Assembly (NCBI RefSeq): GCF_963921235.1
Contig: NC_086097.1
Location: 127,846,001 to 127,910,000, forward strand
Source: Mobula hypostoma
Lineage: Eukaryota
Direction of reading: 5' to 3'
Length of the DNA stretch: 64,000 nt
Every line of letters starts with the position of its first letter. The first letter of the stretch is position 1. Below are positions 12,690 through 24,939 of this stretch, piece after piece. The position numbers were made by a program, and so were the translations under genes. The notes under the pieces were generated by a model. The model was not told the origin of the DNA, searched no databases, and worked only from the letters and a program-made list of their open reading frames with translations.

Positions 12690-13700
12690 AGATCAATTGC
12701 AGTTCTTAAAAATATTGTTCAGTTGAAATATAATCCTTGGGGATTTGAATTTCTTTTCAAAAGATTCCCACAAATCTAAACTGTGAAATTTATAAATTGT
12801 AGAATTACTTGTTTACAATCAAATATTTCCTCTACATTAAACCATTTCTAATTAGTGTAAACTGGAATTCACATTACCACAGCTTATTAAAAAATAAAAA
12901 TTATTTAGAGTGATCTCTTCCAAAAATTAATCTATTCCTGACTTAATTTTATTGGCAAGTTGAACTGACTATCAGAAGGGGTGAATCTTAACCAGTACTG
13001 GTGCCACAGTACAGATCCTTTGTAGGATACAAATACCTGACTATGTAGAGCCTGCTTACTGCATAGAAGCAAATGTTTGGGAGACTGTCGGGATGGGTTT
13101 GCCGGCTGCTGTGTAAAGTGTCCTCTGCTGTGTTGGAACTCAGTTCATTGCAATATCCAAATGGTTGAATTAAACACCCTGATTTGGCTTTATTTAATTA
13201 TATTGCCAGGTGGTTCCATTTCCGACTTGAAACTGTTCAGGTTATGAAAGGTTCTCTGGAACAGCAACTGTCATAACCCAGGAAGCACCTGTACCTGCTT
13301 AGCAATAATAACCACTTAATGTCAGGAATCAGGATCTCCTCTCATGTTATTCTCTAACCACAAACAGGGAGCTGGGCTACAGAGCATCTGTTCAGTAAGG
13401 AACTGCCATAGTTATCACTCACTCCCATTCAGCTCAATAACTGAGTGTTGTGAACAGAGGAGAGAGGAATTCAACCTGAATTACTCTATCAGTTCAGAGG
13501 TTATTTTTGAACATGTGGGACAATCTAAATAGTCAATGGCAGTTCTTAAAAATATTTTTCAGTTCAAATATGCTGTTCTGGAGGATCTAAACTAGTTTTT
13601 CAAAAAAAATCCCACGAATCAAAACAGTTAAATTTTTATTTGTGACCATTACATGTTTATAATAAAAATACTTCCTTTATATCAAACAATCTCTAACTGA
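12690..13700 (+). repeat. Diverged ~160-bp direct repeat pair (~12690-12855 and ~13530-13700)
   Basis: Both copies begin tcaat(t/g)gcagttcttaaaaatatt(g/t)ttcagtt(g/c)aaata and stay alignable by eye to ...tctaa. Confidence 0.75.
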
Positions 13701-16689
13701 AGTATTATAGGTGTGATAAAAATCTAGAAATTATTCAGAATGTTTTCCGTCTCAAACAGGCAATCATCTGCTATGTCTGTAGAATATTATAGAACATTAT
13801 AATTATCTTCTTTTGGTAGGGATATGTACTGAGAGAAGTGTTTGTACTTAAAGGTGCAGTGAATAATAAAGAAATTATAACTGGTGAAGGATATCTGGGA
13901 ATCTGAAAGTGTTAGCAGTGTTTTTTTGCTTGGTAAATTATTAAAACAGACTTGGTACTGATAAAACAGTCTGAGGAATCCTCCTAACTATAACCAGCTT
14001 ATGGGCTTGTTTTACTGATTGAATCCAGACTCCATGAAACATTAATTATGTAATGAGGAGATGGAAAGGGATAAAAAGTTATATTGCATTAAGACTGAAT
14101 CATTTACATGTTTAAATTAAAACTATAACTATCAATTTCTACATCAATTAATCACATTTTTGCTTTTACGTTGGGATATCATATGATAAATTATTGTTCC
14201 ACCACTAGAGCATAAAAAAATGCTTTCCTTCAATAGAAGAAAAACAAATAGGATTTTAATTTGCAAGTAAGTGCATTAAATATAGGAGTGCAAGGAATCT
14301 AATATTGTGAAATAACTGATGATTTGGTTTCAAGAAGGGACTTTAGGAGAGAGAAATAGCAGCTAGAATACAAAGAAAATCCCTTGCTGAGATATCTAGA
14401 AAGTAAAATTGTAAAGTTTTGCCTTTGGGATGAGCCTGGGTCAGAGGAGCATAGAAGTGGCATTTCCAAGAACCGATGGAAGGCGTTGACCAAGTCCATA
14501 CTTTTTTAACTGTTAATTTTCTGCATTGCCCAATGACAACTGTATTTAATTGCTTTCTCTTTCTCAAAGAGAATAACTGTCTAATTGGACACCATGCTGA
14601 AATAAATATTCTGTGGTTTTAAAATCCACTTACTCAGTATTTTGTTATCTGAGCATATCCTCTGAAATAATTAGTCTAAAATAGGAAAAAATTATAGTGG
14701 AAATGAGACCAAAATGTAATTAATTTTTTGACTATTAATTTGAAAGGAAGAATTCTAATCAGTTGCAGATTTCTTTCTGTTCACTTAGCGTGACCATAAC
14801 CAATTACTAAGCTGAACTTTCTGCCTCACTCTCACTTCCTGCCACTGAATGATGGCTTTAGAGGGCAATCTCCATTGGAGAAAAGTTAGACCGGCTGCTC
14901 AAACACGGTTAGGTTTTGCGCATCAGCTCCACTCAAGTATCAAGGCTGGAAGAATGCATACTGCAGAATATGTTTGCCATGGCTTTGGAGATCTGTGTAC
15001 GTTCGCAAATGGGGCTTACTTAAAATGCTTTTCCAGCTGAATATTATTATCGAAATAACAGCTTTTTTTTTTACATATTTTCCCACCTTGTTTTTCTTTG
15101 GCACAGATTAATAGCTACTGTATATTAAGATCTGTGAGGTTCACACTCTGCAGAAACATATTGGAAACCACATTTAGTATCATTATGAAATAGTCTGGGC
15201 TTTCATTAACATATGCTGTGCAATATGATTTGAATGTGAAGTTAGTAGCAAGTGATGTGAGACCAATTTTGGCTTTGCACCAGCTACTATAGCTGTAAGC
15301 AGCATGCAGTGAATTTCAAAAATGTTCTCAAGCAGTTCTGAGAGCTTTTAAGTTTCATTCAGCTTTCTGCCAATTTTAAAATGAACAATTACTGATTCTT
15401 TGTTAAAATCCATTTTGTATTGACACTGACAAAACTCTTTTTTATTTGGTCAAGAGAAAAAGATGATAAACATAAAATTTTGATTCTGTCAGAGCATAGT
15501 TTAACAAATTGTCTACCTCAGGCCAATTACTGTGAACCCTGTGTGTTGCTCTGGATTTCCAGCACCTGCAGAATCTCCTGTGTTTATGACTTCTGTGGAG
15601 CTCCTTCTTCTGAGGGAGTTTATCGGAACTGGGGTTCAGGTTGCATCACAAAGTACTGTCATTACGGGTAGTAAATTAATTCCAGTGCTTATACTCTGAA
15701 CAAGCCACTTCACATTTTAATTCAACTAAGTCAAATATTACTGTTACTCCCTTATGTTTTCCTCTAGCTATTGTTTAAACATATCTGCATGTTTACTTTA
15801 GTCCCACCATGTAGCAGCAAGCTCCGTGTCCTTACAACTTTAAATAACAAACTTGCTCCTGCTTTCCTTGTAGGATTTGTCAATGTATACTTCACCTTAT
15901 TATCTCCCAGTTTTGGTGCACTACTGAACAGAAATTAAACTTCTCTACACTCAAAGACACAAGGGACTCCAGATGCTGGAATACACAGCAACAAACAAAT
16001 TGCTGGAGGAACGCAGCATCTATGGAAGGAAGGAAATTAACACTGTTTCAGGTTGAAATCTTTCATCAGAACTGACCTGTTATCAGTCCCTATTTGCTGC
16101 TTGGCTCACTGAGTTCCTCCGGCAGATTGTTTTTTGTGTCTCTACACTGACCCCTTTCAACACCTCCATGACTTTCTGTGCATCTATCTAGCTGTCTTTC
16201 AGCCTTCCTTCCTCCTGATGAATGAGTCCTCCAGAATGACCAGTTGATTTGCATGTCACATGTTATATGACAAGATCAGAAAGGAGAATTTTGCTTGACC
16301 AACCTTATCAAATCCTTCAAGGTAAGAGAAGAGCTTCACAAGCAGAATGTAAAATGTGATGCATCCACAACCCCAGCCAAATGAACTTCCTAAGGAGTTC
16401 ATGGAAGTGTGGAAAGACACTTTGATTAGTTGTAGTCTTTCAATCAGTATATTGCTTTGTATCTTTATTATACTTTCTCTAGTGTTTCTATATTGACCTT
16501 TGTAATATCTACAGCAGAAATGTTTACTCAGCCGCTAGGCTTCTGTAGCAGAGAATAAATACTAGAGCTTTGAATGTTCTATTAATGTGGAATGTGATTT
16601 TTATTGATATGTATGTAGAACAGCACAGGATTTATCTCTGCATCATTCCTAATTTTAAAATCTGATTTTCTGACATGGAAGAGTTCTGA

Positions 16690-16825
16690 TTGAGTCCTGA
16701 TGAAGGGTCTCGGCCGAAACATCAACTATACTCTTTTCCATAGATGCTGCCTGGCCTGCAGAGTTCCTCCAGCAATCTGTGCATGTTGCTCGGATTTCTA
16801 GCATCTGCCAGTTTCCTCTTGTTTC
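16690..16825 (+). mobile_element. Penelope-derived short element with hammerhead motif
   Basis: AGTC-CTGATGA-AGGGTCTCGGCC-GAAAC-ATC-AACT at 16693-16727 plus the shared tail. Confidence 0.78.
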
Positions 16826-17043
16826 TGATGAGGAGGTAGCTTTCTTATTCCTTCTGTCAAAATGTACCATCCCACAATCCCCATAGTGAAAGCAGTTTTC
16901 AGTTGCATTTGCATACTAGATGTTTGTGATTGTCTTAGTTACTGTTAATCATCTTGAACAATTGATGTTAGAATATTGTATCAGGTCCCTCATTATATAA
17001 CTCAGTGGCAAATGTATTAACTACAGGTATATACCTAATGCTA

Positions 17044-17892
17044 ACAGGAGAACAATTTTTTTTCAAACGTTGCCTCCTCAGAATTTTTTAAAGTTATGAT
17101 AGACTGTTTGAAGCTGAACATAAATATAATTTCAGACTACTTGTATCACGTAGGAATTTGATGACACAAGAAATTAACTTTTATTGAATATAATGCATTT
17201 AATTGCATAATGGTGTTGATGCTTTGCAATAGTTCAACTAAATTAAAAATGTTTTGTTGATGATTTTCATTTGTACTCCATGTCTGAGGCTTCTCACTTA
17301 AGTGTTCACAATAATCAGCCAACGTTGATGGTTTCCAGTTGCCCTGACACCATTTCTTCATGACCACAATGTCTTGGTGAAACCTTTCACTGAAAGCTCC
17401 AAGGTTGGCAGAGATGTCTAAATAGGAATGCAAAAAATCAATCTTTAGTAAAATTAGTAACATTGCTTTAAGCTTTTGTATGCTTAAAGCATGTTGTCAA
17501 CTAACTGCACGTAGTTTGGTGCACTGTAGTTGCCAAGAAAATTTTCAACAACATCCTTGAATGCTTTCCATGTGATTTTCTCCAGTTCCACTAGAAGTTC
17601 TTCGACTTGCCTATCGTTGATGATCAGTTTGATTTATGGACCAACAAAAATGCATTCCTTCATATTGGCATCAGTTATTCTGGGAAACATCTGTCTCAAG
17701 TATTGAAATCTTTCACTGAAATTTATAGTCTTTCTAAAACCTGTCCTGCCAAGTATCATCTACCCTGCCTAAACACGCCCAGGCATGCCTGGACAAGATA
17801 GAAAACCTTTCAGCTCACACAATGGGCAACATTTTAATTGACTTGAATTATGAATTGAAATAACAAATATAACTGATTTTAAAAAAAGGTGT
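17044..17892 (-). mobile_element. Chapaev-3/CMC-like DNA transposon remnant, internally deleted
   Basis: The reverse translation gives FQYLRQMFPRITDA..CIFVGP..WKAFKDVVENFLGNY..LKIDFLHSYLD..NLGAFSERFHQDI..QGNW..LADYC. Confidence 0.7.
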
Positions 17893-18058
17893 GTGATCTG
17901 CTCCTCCACACTACCAAGTATCCTGCCATTTACTTTGTACTCTGCCTTGGAGTTTGCCCTTCCAAAGTGTACCACCTCTCACTTCTCCGGGTTGAACTCC
18001 ATCTGCCACTTCTCAGCCCACTTCTGCAACCTACCAATGTCTCTCTACAATCTTCAAC
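17893..18058 (-). mobile_element. CR1 RT fragment
   Basis: VHFGRANSKAEYKVNGRILGSVEEQ is nearly identical to part of the 49011-53030 element. Confidence 0.85.
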
Positions 18059-18719
18059 ATGCTAGGCATAGATTGAACACCATCTATAAATCTGCCAACA
18101 ACACAGTCATTGTTGGCAGATGGTGACGAGGAGGCGTACAGGAGTAAGGAAGATCAGTTGCTTGAGTGCTGTTGCAACAACAACCTTGCATTCAACATCA
18201 GAATGATTATGGACTTCAGGAGGGGGAAATCAAGGGAATGCATACCAGTCTGCATTGACATCGGCTGTGGAAAGGGTGAGCTGTTTCAAATTCCTGGGTG
18301 TCAACATCTCTGAAGATCTATCCTGGGCCCAACATATTGATGCAATTACAAATAAGGCACAGCAGAAGCTATATTTCATTAGGAGTTTGAGGAGAACTGG
18401 TATGTCACCAAAGACACTTGCAGATTTCTGCAGATGTACCATGGAGAGTATTCTAACTGGGTGCATCAATATCTGGTATGGAGGGACCACTGCACAAGAT
18501 TGGAAAATGCCGCAGAAAGCTGCTAACTCAGCCAGCTCCATCATGTTCACTAGTGTCCCTGGCATCAAGGACACCTTTGAAAGGTGATTCCTCAAAAAGG
18601 CTACATCCATCATTAAGGACCTCCATCACCCAGGTCATGCCCTCTTTTCATTGCTACCATCAAGGAAAAAGTACAGGAGCCTGGAGACTCACATTCAATA
18701 CTTTAGGAACAGCTTCTGC
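18059..18719 (+). mobile_element. Rex1/Babar LINE 3' fragment
   Basis: VERVSCFKFLGVNISEDLSW..KAQQKLYFIRSLRR..ESILTGCINIWYG. Confidence 0.88.
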
Positions 18720-20460
18720 TGTTACGACACCTGACCGCACCTGCACCTGGGGTTTAGACACTAACTGTCTAGAATATGGACAGCCGACACAGCCTCTTTA
18801 AGAATTCAGGCCTGCCCCTCTGATTGGCGGCCATATTTTTGTGCCAGGATTTTAACATTTAAAGAGCACCTGAACTGATGTTCGGTAGTCAGTCGCCTCC
18901 CAACTTTGGATTCTCGTTTAGCACCTAGTTTAGAATCCCATCTTCACTTAGTCTCGTGTTGTGACTCAATTCTAGTGTTGGATACTTGAGTCCTAACCAT
19001 CCTCGTCTAGGTCTCTTGTCACAGTATGATTGAGCCTAACCTAGACCCAACGGGGCATTGGAGCCTCTCAGGCTCAGCAAGAGAATTTCAAGACAGCGCT
19101 GGGAGATATATGACCACCAGGTCACCACGCACACAACTGTCATGAGGAGGAAGCCAGAATCGCTCGAGGGAAGCTGTCAATCACTCTGTGGAGTCAGTCC
19201 ATCATCCAACCCTGGAGAGATTTGTCGGTGACCTGGGCTCTTGCCACAGTTTCTTTAGTCAGTGTTCATTGCTGTTTGAATTCCAGCCGTCCCAGTTCCC
19301 TGCAGAGTGCGGAAAGGTGGGCTTCTCGATCTCTCTCCTGACCAGGAAAGCCCTGGCCTGGGTGACTGTGCGTTGGGAGTGGAGGTCAAAGATTTGCTCA
19401 GATTTGGAGGGATTCATGGCCACCATGCAGGGGGTTTTCCTTCATCCTGCCAGAGGAAACAGAGCCCCAGACCATCTAATGAAGGTGGGTCAGGGCAGTC
19501 GGTCAGCAGCCAACTATGCTATTGAGTTGTGGACTTTGGCCACAGACAGTGGCTGCAGTGGGGAGTCCTTGGCCACTCTGTACTGCCACAGACTGCGAGG
19601 CAAACTTCAGAATGCCTTGAGAGAGCAGTGATCGATCAGTCCATCTGCCTCGATCATCACGTGGTAGAGCGAAAGTGGGACTACCTCAAGAGGTAGAAGA
19701 GGGCTAATCTGAGCCTGGCCTCAACACATCACAGTTCCACTTCCCAGCCTTGGACAATGACCCGCTCGTCTCCTGCTCAGGATCCTGTTTAGCCCATGCA
19801 AATTGGTTGCACGAGGTTCTCTGACAATGAGAGGTCCTGAAGTCAGAGTGGAGGCTGCTGCCATTACTGTGGGGGAAGCAGGTCACCTGCGAGCCAAACT
19901 ACCAAAGCTGCAGACAACGGGAGAACAGCTAGGACTGTCCAGTGTTGGGAGGACCGTGGTGGTAGCAGTCACTGCTCCCAAGCCTACTGATTCTAGGTTC
20001 ATGCTGAAGGTGGAGATCTCTTGGGGAAAGAACCAGTGAGAGGTGAATGACTTTGTGGACTCGGGGACTGCTCGTCAGCTCAACATACCACTGTGGGAGT
20101 TGAGTCAGCCCACACACGCATCTGCCCTGGACGGCCATCCGCTTGGATCCGGACAGATCCTGCAGCGACATTGGTTTTGTGGATGAGGATAGAGGAACAT
20201 GCAGAGCACATTAGCTTCTATATAATCCATTCCCCTCACATACCCCTGATCCTCGGGCACCCTTGGCTGTCCCAGAATAACCCTTCCATGAACTGGAAGG
20301 AAGGGAGGACCATTGCATGGCCCAGTCATTGCAAGAGGGCATGTTTTTGACATAGTGTTCTGATCCCCAGACTCTCTTGAGACCAGCAGCTGACGAGGAG
20401 GCAGACTTTTGTCTGGGGTAACCCAGAGCCTTCGAGAGACTTAGCCCCACCTCCAAGGAG
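18720..20460 (+). mobile_element. Gypsy (Sushi-ichi/chromovirus-like) LTR retrotransposon 5' part: LTR, gag, protease
   Basis: LTR 18720-19023 (TGTTAC...GTCACA). Gag has ERFVGDLGSC..KVGFSISLLTRKALAW, similar to PEG10/RTL. Protease has FVDSG and LILGHPWL. Many stops; the 3' half is absent. Confidence 0.87.
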
Positions 20461-20824
20461 ACTTCCATCTCTAGTATCACTCATCTCTGACATTGTTTTC
20501 TCATGTTATCAACTTCAGAGCTTAGCATGGTAAGTACAGATAAAATGGGGTACTGTATGGGCACTACATGGGCTGAAGTGCCTTCTATATAGCGATGACC
20601 ATGTTATAGTCTGCAACTGTATATAACGTGTTTCATGAAATAATGTAGCATTGTATTCATGTGAGCTTGTAATCACTTTTGGAAAAGGAGAAAAACGAGT
20701 GAAAAAAAAGCTTCAGAGCTTTAATTTTCCGATACTTTCTATGACAGCATTCTGCATCCTATACAGACTAAAGAGTAAGCCAGTGTCTATCTTTCATATC
20801 CAACTTGTGGTCGAAGGTTCAAAT

Positions 20825-21390
20825 TCTTGGTCAGACCCCACGGAGTACTGTTTCAGTTCTGGTCACCTCACTAGAGGAAGGATGTGGATACTACAGAGAG
20901 AGTGCAGAGGAGATTTACAAGGATGTTGCCTGGATTGTAGGTCGTACCTTATGAGAATAGGTTGAGTGAAGTTGGCCTTTTCTCCTTGGAGCGACAAAGG
21001 ATGAGAGGTGACCTGATAGAGGTGTACAAAATAATGAGGGGCATTGATCATGTGGATAGTCAGAAGCTTTTTACCAGAGCTGAAATGGCTAACACGAGGG
21101 GGCATAGTTTTAAGGTGCTTGGAAATAAGTACCGAGGGAATGTTAGGGGTAAGTTTTTCACACAGAGAGTGGTGGGTGTGTGGAATGCAATGCTGGCGAA
21201 GGTGGTGGAAGCGGATACAATAGGGTCTTTTAAGAGCCTCTTAGATAGGTACATGGAGCTCCGAAAATAGAGGGCTATGTGCTAGTGCTAAGGAAATTCT
21301 AGGCAGTTTCTAGAGTAGGTTACATGGTCAGCATAACATTGTGGGTCGAAGGGCCTGTAACGTGCTGTAGATTTCCATGTTCTATGTTCT
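20825..21390 (+). mobile_element. CR1 LINE 3' fragment
   Basis: GLFSLERQRMRGDLIEVYKIM..FFTQRVVGVWN; tail ttccatgttctatgttct. Confidence 0.92.
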
Positions 21391-21549
21391 TGTTCCCTTG
21401 CACAATTTCTGAGTCACTTTAACTTTATAACTTCTTGCTGTCTGTATTAGACTCAATGATTTATTCCTGATTTTGAATACCTTCGTAGGTTAACTAAAGC
21501 TTCCCTGGAGCATTGACGAGTCCCATTTTTGATTTGCTCTCTGGTATTC

Positions 21550-21955
21550 TCAAATCAAGTTTATTGTCATGTTCAAAGTACACAGTGACAAAGGTAAAAT
21601 GTGACGCTTGCTTGCAGCAACATCACAGGTACATAGGTACAGACGACACACGGAATTATACATAAATTATACCAGACAGTGAAAAGTGAGAGGAAAAAAG
21701 ACTGAAATAAAAGGCATTAGTATAAAAGTCAAAGACATAATCAGAGACAGGTCCGTGGTGGTGCAAATGGTGGCCTGTACCATCCCATTGCTTGCATAGG
21801 TTTATGGTTGTGCAGGTCATTTGAAGGATTAGGTAGTTGTAGGAAAGTACATGTTCTTGAATCTAGTGGTGTGCATCCTTAGGTTTCTGTACCTCCTGCT
21901 TGATGGTCACTGTGAGGAGGGGACGGTGGAGATCTGCCATCTTCTTGAGGCTGTG
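21550..21955 (-). mobile_element. Rex1/Babar 3' end remnant
   Basis: Reverse 3'UTR pattern (caagtttattgtcatg...) and the PSSRRYRNLRMHTTRFKN coding end. Confidence 0.6.
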
Positions 21956-22529
21956 GTTCCTTCAAATATTGTCAGAGGTGGAGAGGTCTGGTCATGTGAT
22001 GGACCAGGCTGGGATTGGATCAGCCATGATATTATTAGATCGTGGATTACTCTAGGTGGGTTGTCTGGCCTCTTCACAATTCAAATTTCCATTACATTTC
22101 CAATCTAAATGATCTGTCGGTGGTTTCCTGCTTTGTGCTAATGAGGCCCTATACACACGAGAAAACAGGACATCATCTTCAGACTGAGTGTGTTACAGCT
22201 TCCAAACTCAGTATAAAATTCAACAATTTCAGGTAAATCGCTTTTTCTGTTTGTCCCAGAACTAGCTGGTTATGCTTTTGGTTATCCATATGGTTAACCC
22301 TGTTATGAGTCTCTAACATTGTCTGATCTGTTGGTAATTTCCTACAGTTCTGACTTGACTTTGACAGGTTTTATATATTTTTTTGTTCGTCTTCACTCTC
22401 AAGTTCCCTCATTAACCTATCAACCAGATGCCTTCATCAGGTTATGGCTACTTGTAATGCTGAATCAGGATCAGGGGACTGGCAAGTGAGGCAGGAAATG
22501 CACCGACTTAGAATAGGTATATTAATCAT

Positions 22530-22621
22530 TTAGATTAGATTAGATTATGAGGACACGCAGTCCTCTTTTATTGTCATTTAGTAATGCATGCATTAAGAAA
22601 TGATACAATGTTTCTCCAATG
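22530..22621 (-). mobile_element. Family A retroposon, 5'-truncated copy 4
   Basis: (AGATT)n followed by atgaggacacgcagtcctcttttattgtcatttagtaatgcatgc, the reverse complement of the family A 3' end. Confidence 0.9.
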
Positions 22622-23849
22622 TTTATTTACAAACAGTAAAAATTTGACCAAACATTCATGTTCCACAAGTTACAGACACTACAAATCTGACTATTTAACA
22701 AACATACTTAGTTAAAAGTGCGCACAGAGCAAACCTTCCCAATTGTCTTGCCTTAAACAAAGCAAGAAGAGAAGGAGCCCCTTCCATGTGTTATTTTACA
22801 TAACCAGGATATTGAAACTAGACACAGACAGCTATCCAATGGGAAAAGCAGCTGCAGTTTCTAAACTAACCAATCACAGCGGAAGTGACTCCTAACAATC
22901 AGAGTAAGGTATGCCCCCACAGGACACAACTCTAGCTTTACTTTGTCTGAGATATTCCCAATTTCCACTCTGTCAAACTTCCGGGTAAAATGGCACTATC
23001 GAACATATACAACTGCTTCCTGGTAGTCAAAAATCTAGGAAATCTGACTAAAAACATCACTAAAAATACCTTTTCTGAGGTAAATTGTGTTAAATTATTG
23101 CTGCAAACAGTGAAGGAATGAGCGATGGAAAGGCAAGTTCGGGGGGGTGAATGGAGTTCCAGTGCCCATACAGCTGGCCAGGAGCAAGGTTAGACCACTC
23201 TGGGTGCCGAGCTGATTTGAAGAGCATGAGAGTGGCTTCGGGCTGGGTAATGAAATCTGGACCTAGAGCGAGTCACTGGGCAGCATGGTCTAGTCCCAAG
23301 GCCTTTCACAGTAGCAGTCCCTGGGTCCTAGTGCGAGATTCAGTGGCCCATATCAGAGCTGAGAGACAATTTCACTCTCCATGATCTTCACTCCTCTCTC
23401 CAGGGCCGTTCTGTTGTTTGGTCAATTTAAGTGTCGGCCTAGATAGACTGAAAAAACAGGGTGTCGGTTGGGATGAGAGCAGATTTCTCTCGCTTGCCAT
23501 GATGGTCATCTCCATGGTGCTGAGGCTATGCAGACTGCTTCAGCAGCTCTGCTCCATGCCCGCTAATATGATGAACTGATAAGCCAGGCTTTGGGCCTAC
23601 CCTGGGCAGCACCGGGGTTTGGATCTGAAGACTCAGAAGGTTCGGAATGCTGTTGTTTGCTTCAATTACTTGCATGACTTGTATTTTTTTTCTTTCCCTT
23701 CATCGAGTGTTGGTCTTTTATTTTTATTCTTTTTTTTTCTTTAATTTTGGTTCTTTCAGGTTTCTAGCTTTTTGGCTTCCTGCAAGCAAGGTTGTATAAT
23801 TTATACATTCTTTGATAATAAATGTACTTGAATCTTCAATCCTGAATTT

Positions 23850-24010
23850 CCTATTCATCCCTCCCTCACCTTCTGTGCATTTTAAAACTAACTTATTTTC
23901 TCTCTTTCCCAGTTTTGATGAAAGGTCTTTGACCTGAAACATAAAGTCTATAATTTAACCTACAGATGCAGTCTGAGCCAATGAGTGTTTCCAGCATTTT
24001 CTGTTTCTAT
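23850..24010 (+). mobile_element. Older Penelope-derived short element
   Basis: ttttgatgaaaggtctttgacctgaaac followed by the cagatgc...tccagcattttctgttt tail. Confidence 0.6.
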
Positions 24011-24939
24011 CTCTGTCTCTTACATTCTCCTAGATATTCTACATTTTCCCCCCATTTCCTCCTTAGTGTTTCCACAGCTTAGATAATTGGATATATTTTG
24101 TAGATAATGATCTCACTTAATTGCCAGCCTTTCTGGAAAGAACAATTTCTTTCTCTTCAGAACAATGTCTCCTGGTACTGTCTGCTAGAGTACATCCATG
24201 TCTTGCTGTATATCTACACTTGGAAGCACAGGTAATTAATTCAAAACTTCACAAACTATAGTGGGAATCAGATCTACTGAATATTTCAACATACCCTTTC
24301 CCCTAGGACAATGGTAGCACCAGAACCCTCCTTTCCTCTTATCTATTGGTATGAGATATTGTTACTGTCTCTTGCATTGACTTACAAAAGAAATCAAACA
24401 TAGGCATATCAAACATGAGCCTCTATCCTTATGCACGATTCATGGTGCATAAAATACTATTACAAGACATAGGTTCTCACAATCCTGTTGAGTTAAAATC
24501 TTGTTTTTTTTTGCAGTAACTAGGGACAAGCTGCTGGCTAATTCTAATCTTGATTTCACGAACAATATCCTATTGAGATAGTAATGAGAAAGGATGTTTT
24601 ACTGTTAAGGGTTAAATGTGGCAGCACAAGAAACAGAAAGTAATCCCATTGATAGAAGAAAGCAAAGTAGGTCTTCTTTGAGATCATTGTTGAGCTCTCC
24701 AGCACTTTCACCTGTGTGTTTTACCACAGATCAGATTCAGATTAGTGTATTATCATATAAACCAGGGTGCAATGAAATTTGTTGCTCTAATGAAGCTCCT
24801 AGAGTAAACAGTCCAGATGGTTACAATCAATGCAACATTATGTCAGTGACAAGCACCACAACAATGCAATGGTGCAAGCTGGAGTGACAATAATGGCTAC
24901 ACTGGGGGATAGGTACTGGAGAGTCAGCTGATTCTCATT

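Noticed and set aside
13235..13290. miRNA-like hairpin
   Set aside because: Only an 8-bp perfect stem and ~40 nt overall, too short for a pre-miRNA.
19188..19631. PEG10/RTL-like domesticated gag gene
   Set aside because: It lies behind an LTR, with stops and frameshifts on both sides. It is an ordinary decayed Gypsy.
20500..20535. Plus-strand microexon (cag|AGCTTAGCATG|gtaagt)
   Set aside because: The pyrimidine tract is weak, the 11-nt length shifts frame, and it abuts a Gypsy remnant.
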